Origin: Mobula hypostoma
Lineage: Eukaryota
DNA length: 64,000 nucleotides
Assembly (NCBI RefSeq): GCF_963921235.1
Contig: NC_086101.1
Location: 10,232,001-10,296,000 of the forward strand
Direction: 5' to 3'
Made by a program: the position numbers and the translations under genes. Below, piece by piece: positions 49,513 to 62,100 of this stretch; the first letter of the stretch is position 1; each line of letters begins with the position of its first letter. The notes under the pieces were generated by a model. The model was not told the origin of the DNA. It made no database searches and saw only the letters and a list, made by a program, of their open reading frames with translations.

Positions 49513-51096
49513 CCGCCTCACACTTACCTTCGTTGAACTCTATCTGCCACTTCCCAGCCCAGTTTGCATCCTAACCATGTCCTGCTATATCCATAACATC
49601 CCCAACCTTTGTGCCATCAGCAAATTTACTAATCATCCCTTCACGTCCTCATCCAGGTCATTTATAAAAATCACAAAGAGAAGGGGACCCAGAACAGATC
49701 CCTAAGGCACACCACTGGTCACTGACCTCCATGCAGATTATGACCTATCTACAACCACTCTTTGCCTTCTATGTGCAAGCCAATTCTGGATCCACAAAGC
49801 AATGTCCCCTTGGATCCCATGCTTCCTTACTTTGTCAATAAGCTTTGCATGGGGTACCTTATCAAATGCCTTGCTGAAATTCATATACACTACATCTACT
49901 GCTCTACCTTCATCAATGTGTTTAGTCACATCCTCAAGAAGTTCAATCAGGTTCGTAAGGCATGACCTGTCTTTAATAAAGCCATGCTGACTATTCCTAA
50001 TCATATTATGCCTCTTCAAATGTTCATAAATCCTGCCTCTCAGGATCTTTTGCTTCAACTTACCAACCACTGAAGTAAGGCTCACTGCACTATAATTTCC
50101 TGGGCTATCTCTATTCCCTTTGTTGAACAAAGGTACAACATCTGCCACCCTCCAATCCTCCAGAACCTCTCCTGTTTCCATTGATGATGCAAAGATCATC
50201 GCCAGAGGCCGGCAATCTCCTCCCTTGTTTCCCATAGTAGCCTGGGGTATATCTCGTCCAATCCTGGTGATTATCCAACTTGATGCTTTCCAAGAGCTCC
50301 ACCACATCCTCTTGCTTAATGTCTATATGCTGAAGCTTTTCTTTCCACTGTATGTCATCCCTACAATCACCAAGGACTATTCCGTAGTGAATACTGAAGC
50401 AAAGTATTCATTAAGTACCTCCGCTATCTCCTCCGGTATCATACACACTTTTCCACTGTCACACTTTATTGCCTATTCTCTCACGTCTCCTTGCTCTTCA
50501 CATACTTGTAGAATGCCTGGGGGTTTTCCTTAATCCTGCTCACCAAGGCCACTCATGGCCCTTTCTGGCTCTCCTAATTTCATTCTTAAGCTCCTTCTTG
50601 CTGGCCTTATAATTTTTTAGATCTCTATCATTACCTAGTTTTTTGAACCTTTCATAAGCTTTTCTTTTCTTGGCTGGATTTTCAACGGCCTTTGTACACT
50701 ACGGATTTTGTACCCTACCACCCTATGCATCCATACCTATGCGGAACGTCACACAAATATCCCTGAACATTTGCCACATTTCTGCTGTACATTTCCCTGA
50801 GAATATCAGTTCCCAATTTGTGCTTCCAAGTTCCTGCCTGATAGCTTCATATATCCCCTTATTCCAGTTAAACGCATTCTGGACTTGTCTGTTCCTATCC
50901 CTCTCCAATGCTATAGTAAACGGGATACAATTGTGAGCACTATCTCCAAGATGCTCTCCCGAGAGATCTGACACCTGACTAGGTTCATTTCCCAATACCA
51001 GATCAAGTGCAGCCTCTCCTCCTGTAGGCTTATCTACATAACTGTATCAGGAAACCTTCCTGAACACACCTAACAAACTCCACCCCATCTGAAACC

Positions 51097-51167
51097 TCAT
51101 GATAAAATGGTGGAGCAGACTCGATGGGCCGAATAGCCTACTTCTGCTCCTTTGTCTTATGGTCTTA
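51097..51167 (+). mobile_element. 71-bp CR1 3'-end insertion
   Basis: 'tggagcagactcgatgggccgaatagcctacttctgctcc...tcttatggtctta' flanked by TGAAACC (51090-51096 and 51168-51174). Confidence 0.8.
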
Positions 51168-51239
51168 TGAAACCCTTGCTCTAGGAAGTTGCCAATCAAT
51201 ATTTGGGAAATTAAAATCTCCCATCTCAACAACCCTGTT

Positions 51240-51369
51240 GCCCTGACGAAGGGTCTCGGCCCAGAACGTCAACTGTACTTCTTCCTATAGATGCTGCCTG
51301 GCCTCCTGTGTTCACCAGCATTTTGTGTGTGTTGCTTGAATTTCCAGCATCTGCAGATTTTCTCGTGTT
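51240..51369 (+). mobile_element. 130-bp PLE pLTR insertion beginning at the hammerhead core
   Basis: TSD AACCCTGTT (51231-51239 and 51370-51378). Starts GCC-CTGACGA-AGGGTCTCGGCCC-AGAACGTC. Confidence 0.85.
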
Positions 51370-52829
51370 AACCCTGTTTTTATTACTCCTTTCCAGAAAC
51401 TGTCTCCCTTTCTGCTTCTCGATGTCCCTGTTAATACTGGGGGCTCGATAAAAACACCCAGTAGAGTTATTGACCCCTTACTGTTCCTAACTTCCACCAA
51501 CAGAGTCTCAGTAGACAATTCCTCCATGACTTCCTGCTTTTCTGCAGCCATGACGCTGTCTTTGATCAGCAGTACCACACCCCCACCACTTTTGACTCCC
51601 TCCCTGTCTGAAATATCTAAATCCTGGCACTCTAACTAACCATTCCAGCCCTTCAGCCATCTAAGTTTGTAATGGCCACAAAATCATAGCTCCAAGTACT
51701 GATCCACGCTCCATGCTCATCCGCTTTGTTCATGATGCTTTTTGTGTTAAAATAGACACATCTCAAATCGCCAGTCTGAGTGTATCCATTCTCTATCACC
51801 TGCCTATCCTCCCTCTCACACCGCCTACAAGTTTTCTCTATTTGTGAGCCAACCACCTCTTCCTCCATCTCTTCAGTTCCGTTCCCACACACCCCCCCCA
51901 GCAATTCTAGTTTAAACTTTCCCCAATAGCCTTAGCAAACCTCCCCGCCAGGATATTGGCCTCGAATTCAAGTGCAACCCATCCTTTTTTTTACAGGTCA
52001 CACATACCCCAAAAGAGGTCCCAATGATCCAGAAATTTGAATCCCTGCCCCCTGCTCCAATCCCTCCACCACGATTTTATCCTTCACCTCACTCTATTTC
52101 TATTCTCACTGTCGCATGCAGAGGCAGTAATGCCGAGATTACTAGCTTTGTGGTCCTGCTTTTCAGCTTCTGCCTAACTGTCTGTAGTCTGTTTTCAGGG
52201 TCTCCTCCCTTTTCCTACATCAGTGTTTCTTTTCTGCGTCCACAGAATCGCCTGTCTGACCCCCTAACCGTAGAGTGCCCTATCACTGCTGCCATCCTCT
52301 TCCTTTCCCTACCCTTCTGAGCCGCAGGGCCAGACTCTGTGCCAGATGCGCGGCCACTGTTGCTGCCCCCAGGTGGGCTGTCCCCCCTCAACAGTACCAG
52401 TACTCAAACAAGAGTTCTTATTGTTTAGGGGTGTAGCCACAGGGGTGCTCTCTTGCCTCTGACTCCTGCCCTTCCCTCTCCTGACTGTTACCCACTTATC
52501 TGTCTCCCGAGGCCCCAGTGAGCCTACAGCTCCTCTCTATCACCTCCTCACTGTCCCCGACCAGATGAAAGTCTTCAAGCTGCACCTCCATTTCCCTAAG
52601 GAGCTGCAGCTTGACGCATCTGGCTCATATCTGGCCATCCGGGAGTCTGGGAGTCTCCCTGACATCCCACGTCTGACACCCAGTACAGATCACCGTCCTC
52701 ACAGACATACTTCCTATCCCTATTCTTCACAAGTAATTTACCTCGCCTCGACCCATTATCGCCAAAGCTCCATTGAACCAAAGCCCTCCTACTCTGTCTC
52801 CCTCTACTCTGACACCCACCTTCGCTTCT

Positions 52830-53655
52830 GAATAATGGCTGCCGAAAAATCTTGAAAAAACATAAACCTGGATCACTCATATATTAAAGCCTGGGCATCA
52901 GTCTCGTGGTGCCTCGAAGCCTCCATCACTCTTTGCTTATCACGGAAATTATGGAACCGCACGAGGACGGGTCGAGGGCATTTGCTTGGGCCCGGTTTTT
53001 GTGCCAGCGTACAGTGAGCTCCTTCTACTTTAATGCGTCCAGCCTTAGTTTCCAAATCAAGGAAATTAGGCAGCCAGTCCTCAAAAAACTTCGCCCGTTG
53101 GCTGCCTTCTGTCCCTCAGGTAGACCGATGATTTGTATATTCTTTCTCCACCTCTGTTCTCAAGATCATCGGTATAGTCAGCCAGGCTTTGAACTTGCTT
53201 TTCTAGTGCCCGGATGCGGCTTTGGGCCTGACCAGTTACAGTTTCTACCACAGAGACTCGGCCCTCGGCTTCGGTCGTTCTTGTATCAAGATTTTTAAGC
53301 TCCAACGTGTGGTTTTGGAGTGTTAGGGAGATTGGAGCTAGTTTCTAGTCCATCATTTGGGATGTATTCTCCGTAACTTCCTGAATTACTTGACGAAAAG
53401 CAGGGTCCAACGTGTCAGCATAGCTAGCAGTAGCTACCTCCTCAGCCCTGGGCGAGCACTCTGTGCAGCCAATCTTGGCCGCATCAATGTTCATGTCATT
53501 AAATCCGACAATGTTCATGTCATTAAATCCGGCACTTGAGCATTTAAAAAGAAAGTTGAAATGGATAGGTTTATATGCAAAATTACCAATGTTGAGGTGC
53601 TGAGCTCAGCAAAGGAAACTTTTCACTGCGCCACCATCTTGAAACCCCGGAAGAA
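52830..53655 (-). mobile_element. L1-clade 5' UTR and ORF1 fragment
   Basis: DDLENRG and RPVLVRFHNFRDKQRVMEASR; 5' end CTTCCGGGGTTTCAAGATGG; 24-bp tandem duplication at 53485-53531. Confidence 0.75.
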
Positions 53656-53689
53656 GACAAGATATTCATTTTAATAGAATTGACATGGC

Positions 53690-55343
53690 TAAGTAGAGAC
53701 CTGGCTAAAGGATGCATGTCTCTGGGAGCTGAACGTCCAAGGATACATGGTGTATCGGAAGGATAGGAAGGTAGGCAGAGGGAGAGGCGTGGCTTTATTG
53801 GTAAGAAATGATATTAAATCATTAGAAAGAAGTGATATAGAATCAGAAGGTGCAGAATCTTTATGGGTTGAGCTAAGAAATCGCAGGGGTAAAAGGACCC
53901 TGATGGCAGTTATTTATAGGCCTCCAAACAGTTACAGTAATGTGGACTACAAATTACAACAGGAAATAGAAAAGGCTTGTCACAAGGGCAGTGTTATTAT
54001 AATTGTGCGGGATTTTAACATGCGAGTGGATTGGGAAAATCAGGTCGGCACTGGATCTCAAGAGAGAGAATTTGTAGAATGTCTGCAAGATGGCTTTTTA
54101 GAACAGCTTGTTGTTGAGCCCAATAAGGGATCGGCTGTACTGGATTGGGTATTGTGTAATGAACCGGAGGTGATTAGAGAGATTAAGGTGAAGGAACCCT
54201 TAGGAGGCAGTGATCATAACATGATTGAGTTCACTGTGAAATTTAAGAAAGAAAAGCCAAAATCTGATGTGTCGGTATTTCAGTGGAGTTAAGGAAATTA
54301 CAGTGGCATGAGAGAGGAACTGGCCAAAGTTGACTGGAAAGGGACACTGGCGGGAAAGACGGCAGAGCAGCAGTGGCTGGAGTTAATGCAAGAAGTGAGG
54401 AAGGTGCAAGGCAGGTATATTCCAAAAAAGAAGAAATTTTCAACTTGTAAAAGGATGCAACCATGGTTGACAAGAGAAGTCAAAGCTAAAGTTAAAGCAA
54501 AGGAGAGGGCATACAAGGAAGCAAAAATTAATGGGAAGACAGAGGATTGGGAAGTTTTTAAAAGCTTACAAAAGGAAACTAAGAAGGTCATTAAGAGGGA
54601 AAAGATTAACTATGAAAGGAAGCTAGCAAATAATATCAAAGAGGATACTAAAAGCTTTTTCCTATAAAGAGTAAAAGACAGGTGAGAGTAGATATAGGAC
54701 CAATAGAAAATGATGCTGGAGAAATTGTAATGGGTGATAAGGAGATGGTGAAGGAACTGAATGAGTATTTTGCATCAGTCTTCACTGAGGAAGACATCAG
54801 CAGTATACCGGACACTCAAGAGTGGCAGGGAAGAGAAGTGTGCGCAGTCACAATTACGACAGAGAAAGTACTCAGGAAGTTGAATAGTCTAAAGGTAGAT
54901 AAAACTTCCGGACCAAATGGAATGCACTCTCGTATTCTGAAGGAAGTAGCTGTGGAGATTGCCGAGGCATTAGCGATGATCTTTCAAAAGTCGATAGATT
55001 CTGGCATGGTTCCAGAGGACTGGAAGATTGCAAATGTCACTCCGCTATTTAAGAAGGGGGCAAGGAAGCAAAAAGGAAATTATAGACCTGTTAACTTGAC
55101 ATCGGTGGTTGGGAAGTTGTTGGAGTCGATTGTCAAGGATAAGGTTACAGAGTACCTGGAGGCATATGACAAGATAGGCAGAACTCAGCATGGATTCCCT
55201 AAATGAAAATCCTGCCTCACAAACCTATCACAATTTTTTGAGGAAATTACAAGTAGGCTAGACAAGGGAGATGCAGTGGATGTTGTACATTTGGATTTTC
55301 AGAAGGCCTTTGACAAGGTGCCACACATGAGGCTACTTAACAA
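53690..55343 (+). mobile_element. CR1 ORF2 internal fragment
   Basis: YRPPNS, GSDHNMIEF, WKIANVTPLFKKG, NYRPVNLTS. Confidence 0.92.
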
Positions 55344-55344
55344 T

Positions 55345-57305
55345 TCATTAGAAAAGATTGAATAAACAAAACTGATTTGTTAAGTGTGGCTGTTTTAGAA
55401 GAAGACCGGTCTAAAACTGGATCTAACCAGCAATTAAAGTCTCCTCTCATCACCAATGAATAAAGACTCAAATCTGGCAAAAATGAAAAAAAAAGTGCTC
55501 AAAGAATCCTGGGTCATCTATATTCGGGGCATACAGATGATCAAATACCATTAAATATTATCTAATTTTCCTGACACTGTAACAAAACGGCCATTAGTAT
55601 CAGGTACTACCTTATGTTGGACGAAGGGGACTGTGTTATCCATAAAAATCGAAACCCCTTAGGCTTAGCCTGAAAAGAGGAATGAAAAAGCAGTCCTCTC
55701 CATCGGCAAAAAAGGCATAAATTGTCACATTTACGTGCGTGAGTTTCTTGTAAAAAAATAATTGGGACATTAAGTTTTTAATATAGGCAAAAATCTTATT
55801 TTGTTTCACAGGGTGATTAAATCCTGTCATGTTAAGACTAAGTAAGTTAATAGTTTGATCCATTTTTAACACTATTTAAAAGAAAGGTTAGAGTAATGAT
55901 CACTAGAATGCATATTAAAACCAAACAATGAACCTTGAGATGGGTTAACCAAGCAACAGATTTGGCTATAAGTCCAAAACAGCTGACAGAAAAAAATCCA
56001 TCCCCCCTTCCATCCTCCCAAGGTAAGAAGGCTGGCCAACAAACAGTTGGCAGCTACAACTATCATCCCCCTAAAAACCTACTGGTTTGGCTCCAAATTA
56101 ATTTCAAGATTAGCTGCATTCCAACCTAGACAAAACAGCAGACAGAAAGAAAAGAAAAGAACTTAACTCTCATAGCAAAAACACATATAAATTATTACAG
56201 TTTCAAAATGAAAAATAGCTATACTAAGACTTATTGATAGAGAAAAACCTCAAGCAGAATAAGTATAATATAAAATAAAAAACCTTACAAAATTCAAAAC
56301 ACATGAACACACAAAGTGCTAACTCGTTAGAATCTTATTCTCTAAATATTAAAAGATTCAAAAAAGTGAGTTAGCTACAAGGGTTTACCAAAAGTAAAAG
56401 AAGCAATTATTTATGTAGGAATTTTTAAAATCATAAGATTAACAGTTAATCTTATGATTTTAAAAATTCCTGAGCATCTTCACTCGAACTGAACCATTCC
56501 TTAGAGCCATCCCTCAGTATAATTCCAAGCCGAGCAGGATAACGAAGAGAAGGCTTGAAACCTTTGTTAAAAAGTTCCAACATAACCTTTTTGAACTTAG
56601 CATGCTCATTCATGATCTTGGGTGAAAAATCCTCAACGATTCTAATCTTCTGGCCATTATAAACAATCATTCCTCTTCGATGGGATGCACGAATTAAAAG
56701 TTCCTTTTTTTGAAATTCATGAAAACAGATTTTTACTGATCTGGGTCTCGCTCCTGGAGCTTGTCCGGGCACAGGTGATCTATGAGCTTGGTTAATCATA
56801 GGTAAAGACATTAAAATTTTTGGAAATAATTGTGCCAAAAAGCTTGCAAATAATTCCATAGGCTTATCACCTTCCGTTGACTCTTCAAGGCCCACAGTTT
56901 GTAGGTTATTTCTTGTGCGTCTATTTTCTAAATCGATAATCTTCTGTCTTGATTTTTCATTAGACTTGGAATGTTTTTCACAAAGCTTTTGCAGGTCATC
57001 AATTACCACATCCAAAATCATCAGAGTTGCTTCATTCTCTTCTATTCGTTCATCATGTTCAATTAAGGTTTTTTGAATAGACTCCAATTTTGTATTTATT
57101 TTTTTAAATTACAGAGCTGAGTTGCTGGAACTCCTGCTGGAACTCCTCGGAAGATTCTTTCCGGTGTTTTCCAAGCAAATGCATAATAGATTCCAAATTT
57201 GCAGCAGGTTCTTCCTCTTTTTTAGTACCTTTGGCACCCCTTGTAGGCATAGTAAAATAATATCACGTTTAAATGTAAGGTTTCAAAGCAGGTTGGAAAC
57301 AGTAA
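55345..57305 (-). mobile_element. L1-clade 5' portion: ORF1, spacer and start of ORF2 endonuclease
   Basis: 211-aa frame with DLENRRTRNNLQTVGL...RIVEDFS...PSLRYPARL; ORF2 start LLSLNMTGFNHPVK. Confidence 0.88.
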
Positions 57306-57307
57306 AT

Positions 57308-59110
57308 AAGAAACTTTAGGAAAAGCGATCTTTTGTAAGAAAGCATTCATTTTAGAAGAATCTACTGGACATTGAGATTTATAAAGTTCAGTATTAAAAA
57401 TCTTGAAAAATGTTATTAATTTCTTCATATTCCCAAGCCAGGGTACCATCTTTCCTACGGATTTTCAAAATTTGCCTTTTGGCTCTAGCTGTCTTTAATT
57501 GAGATGCATGCAGTTTGTTTTATTTTTAATCTCCAAATTTATAAAATTGGCTCTTTAACTTAAGCAAATAGCCTTCAATAGGATGAGTTAATTGTTGATT
57601 AGATTGTGATTGGAGTTCCACCCTTTGTTTGAATAAATCAATATTAGGGGAAATTGCATAAATATTATCTAAGTCCTTAATTTGTTTTGAAATCTTATCT
57701 AATTCTACTTTAGTCTGTTTTTTAAGTTTAGCCGAATAAGAAATAATCTGACCACGTAAAAATGCTTTAGATGTATCCCATATGATTAATTTAGACGTAC
57801 CCCTATATTATTAAAAAGAAAAAAATTATTTTACCTGAGTTTCAATGAAGCTGACAAAGTCAGAGTTCTGCAATGATGTCTGAGATGTGCGCCATGGTGG
57901 GCAGGCAAGTATGACATCATCAAATTCAAAAGACAGACTCAGAGGCGCACGATCAGACATAGCAGTATCGTCATATTCAAAATTTTTAACACTAGGCAAG
58001 AAGCGAGGATCGATTATAATATAATCAATCCTTGAATATTTTTTATAGATATGTGAAAAAAAGAATATTCTCTGATATGAGGGTGTAGATATCGCCATAA
58101 TTCAATCAATCCAAAATCGATCAAAAAGGAGTTAATAAGTGATGCGGGGCGATTTGGAAGTCACTGATTGGTTGAGCTCTTGTCAATCAAAGGATTTAAA
58201 CAACAGTTCAAATCTCCACCCATTATCAACATATATTCATTTAAATCAGGCAGTAAAGCAAATACCTTTTTAAAAAAAGAGGATCATCTAAGTTAGGATT
58301 TCCCGCCCTGATATGTGTCTCTTGGGCAGCACTTATATCAGGTTGGAATCGGTTAATGAATTTAAAAGTGTTTTTTCATTTGATAGGATGATTCCAACCA
58401 CATACATTCCAACTTATTACATTAATCCGTTTAAATACCATCCTATAATTTTATTCTACTTTACACATTCACAATATGGGATGATCAAAAATGGCGGCGA
58501 TGAAAAATACAACTACATAGAAAACACTCATGCTCCGGACCCACCCAATGGGGAAAAAAACCCTAACTCTAACCCCACCCCCCTCCTCCCATTGCCCGAA
58601 AAAAAGCAGGCACCCTAAGATAGAATACGAAGCCAGGGACTGCTCTGTCTGTACAAAAAAAAATTTAAAGAATCTCTCTCCCTCCCCCAGTTAAAAAAAA
58701 TGAAACCCACTGACCTTGTAAGAGGAATAACAAAGTCTCAACAAAGGAAAGTGTTTGCATTTCAGCATCTACAAACTATCCCATGTTTATATTTAATCTT
58801 TTTTTTTAAACAAGAAAGAACCAAAATAATGTTATCTCTTAAAAAGAAAATCCAGCACCATTTCTGCTGAGGATCAGAAAACTCTTCATGCCCAAATTAC
58901 TGAAGTTGAAATTCATAAAGCTATTTTTTCAATGCAATCTGGTAAAGCCCCTGGCCTTGATGGCTATCCTGTAGAATTTTATAAAAAATTTGGAAAATTG
59001 CTTTCTCCCTACAGTATATGTTGGAAATGTTTAAGGACTCTTTTGTGAAAGGTGATTTTATGAGGCTTCTATTTCTATAATTCTAAAAAAGGATAAAGAT
59101 CCTACTGATA
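57308..59110. mobile_element. L1-clade fragment with inverted 5' segment (57308-58860 minus; 58861-59110 plus)
   Basis: The minus part ends ...AFLQKIAFPKVS. The plus part begins SAEDQKTLHAQIT...QSGKAPGLDGY, the direct continuation as judged from the L1 at ~11860-11990. Confidence 0.8.
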
Positions 59111-59151
59111 GAGGGATAGAGAGGGTGGAAACGGGGAGGAGGGGTGGGCAT

Positions 59152-62100
59152 TAACTTTAACTTTATACTTAATTGTCGCCAAACAGTTGGTACTAGAACG
59201 TACAGCGATATTTGATTCTGTGCTTCACACTCCCTGGATTACAAATATTAAAAATAGTTAAAATTAGTAAATATTAAAAATTTAAATTATAAATCATAAA
59301 TAGAAAATAGAAAAATGGGAAGTAAGGTAGTGCAAAAAAACCCGAGATGCAGGTCCGGATATTCGGAGGGTATGGCCCAGATCCGGGTCAGGATCCATTC
59401 AGCAGTCTTATCACAGTTGGAAAGAAGCTGTTCCCAAATCTGGCCGTACGAGTCTTCAAGCTCCTGAGCCTTCTCCCGGAGGGAAGAGGGACGAAAAGTG
59501 TGTTGGCTGGGTGGGTCTTGTCCTTGATTATCCTGGCAGCACTGCTCCGACAGCGGGCGGTGTAAAGTGAGTCCACGGATGGAAGATTGGTTTGTGTGAT
59601 GTGCTGCGCCGTGTTCACGATCTTCTGCAGCTTCTTTCAGTCTTGGACAGGACAACTTCCATACCAGGTTGTGATGCACCCTAGAAGAATGCTTTCTACG
59701 GTGCATCTATAAAAATTAGTGAGGGTTTGAGGGGACAAGCCAAATTTCTTTAGTTTTCTCAGGAAGTAAAGGCGCTGGTGGGCCTTCTTGGCAGTGAATT
59801 CTGCTTGGTTGGACCAAGTCAGGTCATTTGTGATATTGACCCCGAGGTACTTAAAACTTTTGACCTGTTCCACTTGCACACCACCGATGTAAATTGGGTC
59901 ATGCGGTCCGCTACTCCTTCTGAAGTCAACAACCAATTCCTTCGTCTTGCTAACGTTGAGGGATAGGTTATTGTCTTCGCACCATGCCACCAGGTTCTTA
60001 ATCTCCTCTCTGTACTCAAATTCATCATTACCCGAGGTACGACCTACAATTGTTGTGTCATCAGCAAACTTATATATTGAGTTTGATGGAAACTTGGCTA
60101 CACAATCATGGGTGTACAGAAAGGTGCAGAAAAAACTTCGTGAGATGCAGGACAGCTAGTTCAGCAAGAAGGCCGATGAAATCCAGGGCTATGCAGACAG
60201 CCACGACATAAAGCGCTTCTACGATGCGCTTAAGGCTGTATACGGACCCCAGTCCTCCGGCTCCTCACCCCTCCTCAACGCAGATGAGATGCAGCTGCTG
60301 ACAGAGAAGAAGCAGATTCTGGATCGGTGTGCTGAGCACTTTAACAACGTCCTTAACTGCCCTGCCGACATCAGCGACGAGGCCATTGACCGCCTGCCCC
60401 AGGTAGAGATCAACAAAAACCTCGACACCCTCCCCACAGTAGATGAAGTCAGGAAGGCAGTGAAGCAACTCTCCTGTGGCAAAGAGCCAGGACCCGATGC
60501 AATCCCTGCTGAGGTATACAAAGCAGGAGGCCCTGTCATGATGCAAAAGCTGACTGTACTCTTCCAGTCCATGTGGAAAAAGGGACAGGTCCCGCAACAG
60601 CTGAAAGATGCCAGCATAGTCCACATCTACAAGAGGAAAGGCAACCGCCAGTCTTGCGACAACCACCGAGGCGTCTCCCTCTTGTCCATTGCAGGGAAGA
60701 TTCTGGCCTGCGTCCTGCTCAACCGCCTTCTCCAACATCTTGAGCAAGGTCTGCTCCCAGAAAGCCAGTGCGGCTTCCGTGCTGAACGTGGGACCGCGGA
60801 CATGATTTTTCCTGCGCGCCAACTCCAGGAAAAATGCCAGGAGCAACACAGCAACCTCTTCATGACCTTTGTCAATCTAAACAAGGCTTTCGATACAGTC
60901 AGCAGAGAAGGCTTGTGGAAGATCATGGAGAAGTTTGGCTGCCCCAGCAAGTTCATCACAATCGTCCGGCAGTTCCACGACGGTATGATGGTGAAAGTCC
61001 CACATGACGGCGACGAGTCGGAGGCCTTCCCAGTGACAAATGGCGTCAAACTAGGCTGGGTTCTTGCCCCAACTCTGTTCAGTACGGTATTCTCTGCCAT
61101 GCTGACAGATGCCTTCCATAACTACGAAGAAGGAATCCACGTCAGATACAGGACTGACGGCAGGTTGTTCAACCTTAGGCGCCTGCAGGCAGTTACAAAG
61201 GTGCGAGAGACTGTCATCAGAGACTTGTTGTTTGCTGATGACTGCGCACTCAACGCCAGCACAGAGCAGGAGATGCAGCGTGAAATGGACTGCTTCTCAC
61301 AAGCCTGCGACAACTTCGGTCTCACTATCAGCACCAAAAAGACCGAAGTTCTGTACCAGCCTGCCCCAGGAAAGCCATACCAGGAGCCGCGCATCATGGT
61401 GAAGGGCCAGAACCTCCAGGCAGTCGACAACTTCACCTACCTGGGCAGCATACTCTCTCGCGCAATGAACATAGACGCTGAGGTCAGCAACAGGATTGCC
61501 AAAGCCAGCGCCGCCTTTGGGAGACTCCGTGAGAATGTCTGGGAGCGGAGAGGACTCAGCCTTACCACCAAGCTGAAGGTCTACTGTGCAGTGGTCCTTA
61601 CCACCCTCCTCTACGCCAGCGAGACCTGGACTGTCTACAGCAGACACGCCAAACAGCTCAACCACTTTCACCTGAGCTGTCTCCGCAGACTCCTCCACAT
61701 CAGGTGGCAGGACAAAGTCCCCGACACGGAAATCCTGGAACGAGCTGGGCTCTGCAGCGTCTACACCCTCCTGCTGAAAGCCCAAGCCAGGTGGGCTGGA
61801 CATGTGGTCAGAATGCCAGACAGCCGATTGCCTAAGCAGCTGCTGTACGGAGAACTGTGTCAGGGCAAGCGCTCAGTCGGGGGCAGAAGAAACGTTACAA
61901 AGACTGCCTGAAAGTGTTCCTCAAAGGCCTGGGTGTCGACATCAACACGTGGGAGACGCTTGTCCTCGACCGTCCAGCTTGGCGCAGCAAGATCACCACA
62001 GGAGCCCGTGCAGCTGAAGTCAGGCGCATCATCGAGGCGCAATGAAAGCGTGCTGTGCGCAAGGCCCGAGCAGCATCCACTGCCACGACAGCACCCACCC

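Larger units (their letters stand above)
48050..52800 (-). mobile_element. Long CR1 LINE hosting a solo LTR, a 71-bp CR1 tail and a PLE fragment
   Basis: [27 protein letters not shown] and YFNTKSIMNK; tail ACATAGAAACATAGAAAA at the left end. Confidence 0.9.
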
